Shown: one piece after another, positions 52,888 through 64,000 of the stretch
Position numbering within the stretch: position 1 is the stretch's first letter
Layout of the letters: each line of letters starts with the position of its first letter
Assembly: GCF_009914755.1 (NCBI RefSeq)
Contig: NC_060946.1
DNA length: 64,000 nucleotides
Origin: the human T2T-CHM13v2.0 reference genome, Homo sapiens
Direction: 5' to 3' (one strand)
The notes under the pieces: generated by a model
The model's input: only the letters and a program-made list of their open reading frames with translations
Database searches by the model: none
Told to the model about the DNA's origin: nothing
Translations under genes and position numbers: made by a program

Positions 52888-55605
52888 TCTTCCATTGGTG
52901 TCACTCTTGTCCTCCAGCCCAGGAAGACAGTGGACAAAGCCATGAGTGTGTGTTGCCCAGTTAACCTGGATGTGAGACCCCCAGGCTGCCCTTTCCACAG
53001 GCCCTCCAGGCAGGCTCTGCAGAGGGGGCATCAAGAGTGAATTTAGGGCTGAGATGACCAGGATATATTGAGGTGTGGAGGAATCAGTTGTGATTTGGGG
53101 AAGTGGAGCCTGGTTGGAAGATCAGACCAAGGTCGACATGCTTAGTTGGGCTCTGGATTTCCATAGGGGGTGAAGGCTAGTCCTTGGGCTGAATATCCTG
53201 AGTCAGTTTCCAGAACTGCCCAGCTCACGTTCCCGTGGCATCCTGCCATTCTCTTCAGGAAAACCAGTGGAGTGGACACTGTGGGATCCACCCATATTCC
53301 CTCTTCTGAGCTCACCCACCCAGCACTGCTGGTAGCTCTGGCAGCTCAGAGCTGTGCCTTCACTGAGAAGGGCTGTCAGCAGAGAAAACTGTCTCCTCCA
53401 GGTTTATGCCCCTTCTTAGCAAGGTGTGGTTTCATAACTGCCTGAGGTGAAGCTCTCAAGACTCCCTTTCAATATGGGAGAAACAGAAAATCCTCCCAGC
53501 TTCACAGCTCCTTATTGGGATGGTAGAAGACTCAATGTGGGTCAGAGTGTCCTTGTGCCCGGTGTTGCCTCCCTCACTTAGTTTCACACCTACTGTGAAA
53601 GCAAAGCTCCATCTCAGAGTCTGCTTCCAGGCATCCCAAAATAACATAACCAGTCATCCCGAACGTGAGCCATCAGGAACCTCAGGAGGCCACAGTATAC
53701 CAGAAAGCACCAGTTTATTCCTAATGATCATTGTGAGTTTGCAAATGCCCAATGAGATCTGAGTGTTTCTTGCATTTGTATGGAATGAAAAGGGCCCTGG
53801 CATGCCAGGCACTGTGGGGTCTGAGGGAGAGTTGGAGTCAGATCTCCCTGCAGGGAAACCTGGGGCAGGAGGAGCAGCCTCACCCCATGCAGGGACCACA
53901 GATGCACCTGCAGGGTGAGCTGCAGGATGGACACTGCCCACCTCCACCCTCCACATTCTGTGCAAAAAATCATTCTTTCCACCCCTCCTTCAGCCTATCA
54001 TAGTTGACACTTAAAAAGCCACCACAGCCCACCCTTGTCAACAGGAAACCCATTCACATCTCCATCAGCCACACAATCTCCACATAAAGATTCTTCAAAA
54101 AATAATAACACTAGCCATGCAAAGTATATATAAGATGTCTCAAATAATTGTACTTAGATTGCATATGAAAGTGATACTATTTTGATATGCTAGGTAAATA
54201 AAGTAAATTATTTAACTCATTTACTTCTTCCCTTTGTATTTTTAATGCGATGACTAGACATTCAGATTTCCATGAGGCTCACATCATATTGTGAATGAAC
54301 AGTGCTGGTCTGCACCCCTTCAGGTTACAGGGGCTGAGGAGTGACCTGGTGCAGGAAGCCCCATCTCCATCCATAGGACATTGGTGTGAACCCAGGGAGA
54401 GGCGCTGGTGTAAGAGAGATGAGAACACAGGTGTGAACCACCTGCTTGTGCAGGGGACTGAGCCTTCACTTTGAGCCAAACAAGCTTCTTTTCCTATCTT
54501 CAATCCTGAACAAGAGGACTTTCCGGACTTCTTTTTGTTTTCAGGTTTGTGCCCCTCCAGGCCTGAGGCTGTCTGGATCCCAGCCAGGGGACACAGAGGA
54601 AATCCAGAAGTCTCACACCGATCCTGTTGTATTTCATCTGCTGGGGCCATCCCAAACTGCTGCGTACCATTTCCTTTCCTGGTGCTCAAATAGCTGCTCT
54701 ATGCATTATTATTTATTTAATAATAATTTATTTATTTAAATAAAATATCCATTAATATTTATTTTAATATGAATCATTAAAAAAATTTGTCATAGGCAAT
54801 GGGGAAGGAGGAAAAGATATTAAAATAATTTTGAGGAAAAAACCAAAATTGTATTTCTCAAATGTCTGTGTGTCTTCAGTGTCTCAGGGTTGAGAGCGGT
54901 CAGCTTTAGGTTGTCCTGAGGATGTGCTCAGATGCGGGAAAGCAAGAAAGCATGAAACACGCATCTCTGTGACCTGACACATAAATCACAGTAAAATGGA
55001 AGTAAATCTTTTAATAAATCAAACACTCACAATAAATATCACTCTGGTGCACACAGAAATGCCTGTTAACAAACTTTCCCTTTCCCCTGCTGGCTCATAT
55101 CCCCATGGATCACCTGTGTGCAGAGTGGACTCTGTGGTCCCCATTTCTCAGGCTGAGAACCAGAGGCTGGGAAGGACAAGTCACCTGCTTGTGAGTGGGA
55201 GGGGCAGGATTGGGAGCAGTGGACTCGGTCTCAGGACTGCGGTCCTCAGGACCAACGCCACCTAGCAGAGGTTTCCACGGGGCAGGCTGCCCCATTTCCT
55301 GACAGTAGGGACAGCCTGGAGGTGGGTGCCAAGCAGAGGGCACTGCAGGGTGTGCCCAGGCCTGGAGGGTCACAGAGACACAGGCACCACACAGCAGAGA
55401 CACTGAGGGCCAGAAGATCACTCAGGTAAGGGACTTCAGCAGATCTTTCTCCTGAGCAAATCAGGTACAAAAAAATTAAGATCCTGCCATCAGAATAGAT
55501 AAACAAGGACTTTAATCTCAGCTGAGCTCCACTATCCAGGGAAGCAGAAGCCTCTGAGCCCAGGCCCAGGTGAGGGTGGGGTGAAGAGAGGAGCTCAAGG
55601 TGGAG

Positions 55606-55613
55606 ATTTGCAT
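55606..55613 (+). promoter_or_regulatory. Ig promoter octamer (IGLV2-14)
   Basis: ATTTGCAT. Confidence 0.9.
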
Positions 55614-55713
55614 GCCGGCCCCACCCTCCTCTTTGGCAGAGGGGATAAGACAGGGCTGGGGGCAGGCCCAGTGCTGGGGTCTCAGGAGGCAGCGCTCTCG
55701 GGACGTCTCCACC

Positions 55714-56340
<627 letters not shown>

Positions 56341-56981
56341 TGAATTCCAAAAGGAAACCCGCTCTGTGGTTTCTCATCCAGGACAGGGACAGCTTCCTGA
56401 TGCTTGTGTGCCGTGGTCCCTGAATGTGCAACTCTTGTTAGCTCTTCAAATGCAGGGACAGTGACAAGGAGCTTCCTGATTGATGCAGTCACTGCTTTTT
56501 TCAGGGATGTCTTCACCCTACATGCATCACCATCTCCCACACTGTGGGTAGAATTTTAGCAACTACATTCTAATGGTTATCGCCACAACTTTGATCTTAA
56601 ATAACAATGCAGCGAACATCCCTGTGCAGCCTCCTTTGAGTTCCTGTGTGAATATGACCACAGGATTCATTTCTAAAAGTGAAATTGAGGGTCAGAAAGA
56701 TGTGTGTGTGTAATTTTCACCCGTTGTTGTCAGATTCCCCTCCAGAGGGATTCTACCAATTTTCAATGCCAGCCAGAAGTACTTGTTCAGAGTACATTGT
56801 TGAAAGTGGAAGTTTTTGCCAACCTGTCAGACTCAAAAATGATACCTGTTATGGTTTTATTTTTGAGTCTCCTGTTCTGCTTAAGTTTGGGCCTTTTCAG
56901 AAATAGTTCAGTACTTTTTCTTTCTTAGGATTTGGGAAACTTTTTCTTAAATATCCAGATAAGAAGAATTTTAATCTTCGT

Positions 56982-57125
56982 GGCCGGACACCGTGGCTCA
57001 CGCCTGTAATCCCAAGTGTGTTGGAAGGGTAGGATGGGTCAATTGCTTGCTCCCAGGAGTTGAGATTAGTCCGGGCCACACAGTGAACTCTCATCTCTAT
57101 TAAATTAAAGAACATAAAAATAAAT
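56982..57125 (+). mobile_element. Alu monomer (FLAM-like)
   Basis: ggccggacaccgtggctcacgcctgtaatccc; paralog of 32862. Confidence 0.75.
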
Positions 57126-57904
57126 TTTAAAAGGAAGTATTTTAGTCTTTGTGGCTCAAGAATCAACTTTGGGGATATTCCATAGGTATGTATAGCATCA
57201 TTTACAATGTAACCATTTAAAATGATAAAAGCCACTGTCAGCTCTAGGCCATACAAAAACAGGTGTCAGGCCAGGGATGGCCACAGGATGTGGTTGAACA
57301 GTCCCTGGTTTGTAGGGTTATCTGAGGGTTGAAAATTCCACCAGAATATGATCTAGGTGGGAATCTCTCTGTGAGGGTCACTGTATTTCACCTCCTGTAT
57401 TAGCCTGAGGTCTTTCATTGGATAAGAACATGCTCACATCATCTATTTGATTGTATCATGGGTTTAAGACAACCCCGTGTCACAATCACATAACATTTAT
57501 CTGCATTGCTTGCTCCGAGTTTTGGGAGAGCTTTAATTTATCAGGAATAGACTCCTCCTAAGGCAAAAGTCTGAGGGAGAGGGATGGGCATGTGGGCAAG
57601 ATAGTTTGTACCAAAGCTGGAATATCCAGGGCAGGCTCAGAGAGAAGGTTACTAATATCAGCATTTGACTGCAGCCAAAAACAGAAGAGAACATGGAGGT
57701 TCTGAGAATGACAAATAAACAAATAGTTTAAGTTTTAAATGTATTGAATGTTTTTATAATCCATGAAAATTCTAGAACAGAATTTAACAATGGGATAAGG
57801 AAGAGAGCTTGAGATGTTAAAACTATAAAGACCCCAAGCCAAGCTGCCAGGAAAAGAACAGGATCTTTTTGGTGGAAATATGTTTCTGCTGCAAATTATC
57901 ATTT

Positions 57905-57908
<4 letters not shown>

Positions 57909-57943
<35 letters not shown>
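57909..57943 (+). repeat. (TG)n microsatellite
   Basis: Directly visible; absent from the paralog at ~33790. Confidence 0.95.
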
Positions 57944-57945
<2 letters not shown>

Positions 57946-58272
57946 GGAAACCTCCCATGGAACATCCTTCTTCCCTACAGTCAAGATCACCCTCACCCTA
58001 CAAGGGAACCTAAACAAAATGTCAATATCAAATAGAAAAAATAATGCACTTTGTATAACCATTAGAGAGTCTCTATTTGCACATCAAAATGTGGATGCTT
58101 AACGTTAACATTGGAAATAGTATTTTAATATGCATATGAGATGAATTTTCTTTAGACTATTTTTGTGAATTATCTTTCTTAATAAGGACATACTCTTCTC
58201 TTAGAACAATTTAACTTGTGATATTTTTTCTATTTTCTGTATCAGTTCTGTTTTTTCTAAACACTGGCAAAG

Positions 58273-58452
58273 ATATCCTATGGCTACTGATTAATAAATT
58301 CGATTAATGTGTATTTAACTTAGGTAAGTTAGTTCAAGAGTGGACAGATGTGATTTCCCCACATATCCTATGGCTACTGATTAATAAATTCAATTAATGG
58401 GTATTTAACTTAGGTAAGTTAGTTCAAGAGTGGACAGATGTGATTTCCCCAC
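58273..58452 (+). repeat. 90-bp tandem duplication
   Basis: atatcctatggctactga...gatgtgatttccccac twice, 2 mismatches. Confidence 0.93.
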
Positions 58453-58950
58453 ATATACCTCACAGATGTTGCTGGTGCTTACTCGCTCTTCTCTTCTAAT
58501 CTTAGCAAATAAAGTGGGAAATTTGACATTCCTAAACACCCAGATGACAACAGGAGAGAGGAGGTGAAGCCCCAAAGCTGTTATTCTTTAAATCCTCAGG
58601 ATGAATCACCCTGGAGAATCACCCACACTTCAGTTGGATGATACGCAAATGAGAGTTTGGTCTTAGAGTGGTGCTGAGTTAGTTCAGGATTTGGGTCACT
58701 GGGATGGGGTGAATGTGTTTTACAAGTGAAAAATACATGAGTTTTGGGGTCTGCAGGGTAGAGAGTTCTTGGCTGAATTGTGTCCCCCAGATCTGGGTTG
58801 AGTGACATCCCACCAAGAGGAGTCCAGGAGAAGTAAATTTGTGTAAACACCAAACATGCACTGCCCCACTAGGCCTGAGAGGAAATAAGCGAGGCCTGGG
58901 GAGCCTACCTGTGCTTTGGGTTCAGGAGGCAGAGCTCTGGGTGTCTTACC

Positions 58951-59486
58951 ATGGCCTGGACCCCCTCTCTGCCTCTCCTTCCTCACCCTCTACAAAGGTG
59001 ATGCCCCCAACCCTGCCTTAGGCTCAGCCCTTACAGGATCCTGAGCTGGTCCTGCCCTGAACCCTGAGCTCAGCCTAGGCATAGCCTCAGGGTGACACCA
59101 CTGGAAATGTGTTTGTTATCTTCAAGCCCCCCTCTCCTTTCCTCTCCTGCAGGCTCTGTGGCCTGCTATGAGCTGACACAGTCACCCGCGGTGTCAGTGT
59201 CCCCAGGACAGACAGCCAGGATCAGCTGCTCTGGAGATGTACTGAGAGATAATTATGCTGACTGGTACCCGCAAAAGCCAGGCCAGACCCCTGTGCTGGT
59301 GATATATAAAGATGGTGAGCGGCCCTCTGGAATCCCTGAGCGATTCTCTGGGTCCACCTCAGGGAACACAACCGCCCTGACCATTAGCAGGGTCCTGACC
59401 AAAGGCGGGGCTGACTATTACTGTTTTTCTGGTGATTAGAACAATCTCACAGTGACACAGGCAGATGGGGAAGTGAGACACAAATC
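58951..59486 (+). pseudogene. IGLV3-13: IGLV3-22-like pseudogene: octamer mutated (ATTTGTGT 58837-58844), 47-nt leader, TAG in CDR3 (59437-59439), RSS CACAGTG-23-ACACAAATC
   Basis: V exon 59153-59447 [40 protein letters not shown]...DYYCFSGD*; name from gene order. Confidence 0.9.
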
Positions 59487-61693
59487 CATTTTTCATCTGT
59501 CTCATCTTTTCCTCCAGCACCAGGATGACTGTGGGCCAAGCCATGAGCAGGTCTGGCCAAGTTCTACTGGATATGAGACCTCCAGGCCATCCTTTTGTTC
59601 AGCCCTACAGGTTGGTGCTGCAGAGGGTAGAGCAGGAGTGGATTTAGGGCTGCTATAATCAGAATTTTCTTGTGTTTTCAGGCCCCTGAAGTGACTTGGG
59701 GAAATAAGAACGGGATGGAAGATGAGAGAGATGTAGAGAACAATCACTTGGCCTTAGATTTCCATACGATGGTGATTGGGTCACTCCTTCCAAATATCTT
59801 ACATCAGTCCCCAAAAATGCCCAGCTCAGCTCAACACCTGAGCTTCCAAGCTTCCATGGCAGCCTGGGATTTTGAACAGGAAAAGCAGAGGAACAGGAAA
59901 AGCACTGTGGCATCTGCCTAGGTATGCTTTTCTGAGCTCACCCACCCTCAACTGCTGGGAGCTTCTAGAAGCTTAGAGCTGTGCCCTCACAGGAAAGTGC
60001 TATTGTTTCCAGAAAACTTCCTTTCTCATATTTAGGCTCAGTTTTGAGAGTTTTGGTTTGATGACTGCCTGAGCCAAGAACCCAAGGCCCCGCCTTAATA
60101 CAGGATGACACTGAAAGGCCTTCCAGCTCCAGACCTCCCATTGTGGATGCCTGAGGCCTCAGTTGCAATCCTATGATGGGTCAGGGTCTCCTTCTGGTGC
60201 GTGATGCTTCTCTCACTCCTTTCAGATTCTCTGTGCATGAAAATGTTTATCTCAAAGTCTACTTCCAGGGAACCCAAACTAAGACGGCCAGCTGTCACCA
60301 AAATGAGCCACCATAGACCTGAGGTGGCCACTATACACTGGAATGCATCCACGAATTTCCTAAATTTCCATTGTGAGCATCCAAATGCCCAACGATTTCT
60401 GAGAGATCCTTGTATTCTTATAAAATGAAAAGGGATCCTGAAATGCCAGGTGCTCTGAGTCCTGAAGGAGAGGTGGAGGCAGATCTTCCTGCAAGGATTC
60501 CACGGAAAAGGGAGCAGCCTCACTCCATGCAGGGACCAGAGATGCTCCCACGGGGGCAGCTGTAGGATGGATGCTGCCCACCTCCATCCTGCACATCCTG
60601 CACAAACAATCACTCTTTCACCCCTCCTTCAGCTTATCAAAGTTGACACTTACGAAGCCAGCACAGCTCATCCTTGTCAGACTCCTTCAAACCTCCATCA
60701 ACCACACAATCTCAACATAAAGAATCTCCCCAAAATAATAATAGTAACAAAATAATAATAATAATAAAATAATAGTAACAAAATAGTAATAGTAATAGAT
60801 TTTCATGCACAGAAATAGTAATATAGTAGCTATGAAAACTTCTATAAAAATCTCATAAATAATTTTAGATTGCATGTGTAAATATTATTTTTCACACTTT
60901 GTGTTAAATAAAGTATATTATTGAACCTAGTTTACCTTTTTATTTTTTATGTCTACTATGGTGACTAGACAATAGGATTCACATGAGACTCACATCATGT
61001 TGTGATTGTACAATGCTGATCTGGTCTTACCCCTTCACATGACAGGTGCTTTGGAGTAACCTGCTTCAGCAAGCCCCATCTCCACCCATAGGACATATGT
61101 GTGAAGCCAGGGAGAGGCACTGGTGGAAGAGAAATAAGAATATGGGTGTGGACCAGCTGTTTATGCAGGTGACTGAGTGCTGGAGCCCTGACCCTGCTCT
61201 AACCTAGATGTGTCACATCCATCTCACCAGAGACCACTCCTGGCCTGCCTGAGCTCACAACTGGGGGAAAATCGCATTTCTGGCAACATGGTCACTTGAT
61301 GTCCAGTGTTATCCTATCTCTCCCAGGGCCCAGTAAGACAAAAGAAGCTGTTTTTAGAAAGGGGAGTAACACTCTACTGCACATGACATGGCCTTCTTCC
61401 AAAAACCCAGGAGTCTACATTGGGATTCTCCAACGGGGTTTGCCATGTGCAGGAGGTTTTATTTCCCATGGTGGAGTCTGCTGGATTCTCTGGCCCCAAC
61501 AGCAGGACACTCACAACCCTGCCTGCACCTGCTGCAGAGCCTTCCTGCTCTGGGCCTGGAAAACAATGGGTGACATTTATGGCTCCTGATACATGGATTG
61601 GAGTCACATCCCCAGTAGTAAAATATGCTACTCCTAGACCTTATAGGCCTTGTGTCTCTTTCTTCCTGGGGAAAATTGAAGGATATAATAACA

Positions 61694-62014
<321 letters not shown>

Positions 62015-64000
62015 ATAACGTGTTGTTTATTTTGTAGGAGACTCTCAGCTGCTCCAGACAACTGAAGTCCCAATTTCAGCTAATATGGAGGAGGAAACAT
62101 CTTTGTTTATTTCCCACTCTCAAAAGTGCATGGATCTCACAAAAGCTTCCAATAGGCCGTGCCCATCATGTATATGTGATTGAACTATGATATCCAGATG
62201 GTCTGAGCCCCCATGATGATATCATGATAGGGAAGGGAGAGCTAATGAAGCTGGGCAGAAAAAGTGTGAATGTATACTGTTGTCCATTCCACCTGAATGC
62301 ACACTGATTCTGATCCTATTCTCTGAGGGAAATAGACAAGACCTCAGTATCTGCTTCAGTGGTGTAACTGTGCACCTGCAGCCATAGCATTCTGTTCCCA
62401 GAGATCCCCATCTGGCACAGATATTGCTAATGCCACTATTGCCCATCTGGGTCTGTACAAATCCAAATTCATCTTCCAGGATCATTCAACTATTGTAGAG
62501 ATCAGTCCAGTAAACTGAAAACAAAACCCCAGAAGTAATCACACGTACTGCGGGAGAGGAGAGAGCTGTCTCAGAGGGCACAGTCTTGTTGAAATTCCTC
62601 TGCTTCTTGGGAAGAAACAGCCCAGAAAAGGCTCCAGGGGCTGCGTCTCATCTGGGTTCCTGGATGAGGCACACCCCCTACTGCACTGAGATTCCACAGA
62701 AGCTGGGGGTGAAGTGCAAACACCGTCTTTGGTTCATCCTTGGGATTTTCTTTTTATCACACACTCGTCATTTTGTCCACAATGCCCAAAGTTTCTAAAT
62801 AGCTGTCTAATAGATAGAGAGGTTCTGTGTGGGCTGATGAAAAAGCTCTGGGGTTGGATAGTGGTGATGTTTGCACAACATTTTTACTGTACTTACTGCT
62901 GCTTAATTACACACTTAAAAATGATTAAAAGGATGAGACATTTTGTTATGTTTATTTTACCATAATAAAAATATTGCATGCTCAGGAAGCAAAGTAATAC
63001 TAGTTTAATTCTGAAATCACACAACTGGTAAAAATGGAAAGAATTGTGTACTAAGCACCATTTTCTCTGTTCTATATGCTACAACTCAACTTTCTCTCTC
63101 TCTCTCTTTCTCTAATTAACAATGATATCCTGTCTGGTCCAAGGTCACACATTTCCAGTGTTGCAGGAATGTCTGTTGAATCTGTTAATTTGTTGCCAGG
63201 AAGAATACTCAAACTTCTCATGCTCATATTTGATTGTCACCTGTCTCCAGCCAACATTTCTAAACCAGGATCCTTTGACAAGACTTGTGAAGAATTTTGT
63301 AAAAAGTACCCCCCAAGATGACAGTGTTCACTGTTGGCAGCAGGACTGTTTCCACGCAGTAGGGCTATGCTGGGTGTGCAGTGGAGCTGTGCACACTGTG
63401 CTCACGGGGCAGATTCTGTGCTGCTGACTCTGATCCCTGTGCTTGGGAGGACCGTGTCCACTGCTGAGTCTACATCTGAATTTGATTCTCAAGAAAAAGG
63501 TCATTCATAGCTGCTGGACACTGAGTCACACAGAGAGACAGAAGGTGGCTGAGGACACCTTATCTCTGATGAGCATAAGGGGATTAGATCTGCTGGTGGA
63601 ACAGGAAGCTGAAGAAACCTGTGGCTCTAAACATGGAATTTCCAGCCCTCTGTCTCTGCTGTCCATGCCCTTCTCATCTGTATGTTCCTGGGAGATGTGG
63701 ACCACGGGGGTCAGAGGTGAAGGGGATTGGGAAGCTTTCATGTTCTCTCTCACCATCTCCCTTGTTTATCTAACACACTCTTACACACCTACTTTATTAG
63801 AGCTTCTGCTCTACAAACATGGCTGAGCTCTAAATTAGAGACTTTTGAAAGTGCAGACGGATGCAGGAACTCGTCCATCTGGAGACTTTCCACCACTTGA
63901 AGCAGTGAACACATCTCTGCAAGGCTCCAAATTTCAAGTGACAGGATTTTGGGATTTCAAAGAAAACTAAATCTTTGGATGAACCACGACAGAAGAGGGA

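Overview
Human (hominoid) immunoglobulin lambda locus (IGL, 22q11.2), J-C-proximal V cluster, unrearranged germline, all V genes on the + strand. In order: IGLV3-22, IGLV3-21, IGLV(I)-20 (pseudo), IGLV3-19, IGLV2-18, IGLV3-17 (pseudo), IGLV3-16, IGLV3-15 (pseudo), IGLV2-14 and IGLV3-13 (pseudo). Pseudogene names rest partly on known gene order. Complete genes have an octamer promoter, leader exon, intron, V exon and 23-bp-spacer RSS. The window is built from tandem segmental duplications interspersed with Alu, L1, L2, MaLR, ERVL and MER5 relics. I see no wholly new biological system: this is the well-known V(D)J substrate. The most notable details are: (1) a 2-bp leader deletion that makes this IGLV3-16 allele null; (2) a broken CAC heptamer on the open IGLV3-22; (3) two clear and one possible unnamed V relics; (4) locally templated insertions, one inverted; (5) an L1-mobilised LTR12 fragment with 17-bp TSDs; (6) a microhomology deletion junction; (7) gene-conversion-like tracts between the IGLV2-18 and IGLV2-14 units; (8) co-oriented CTCF motifs; (9) an RGL4-like exon relic. 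Repeat subfamily and allele calls are from memory and their boundaries are approximate.
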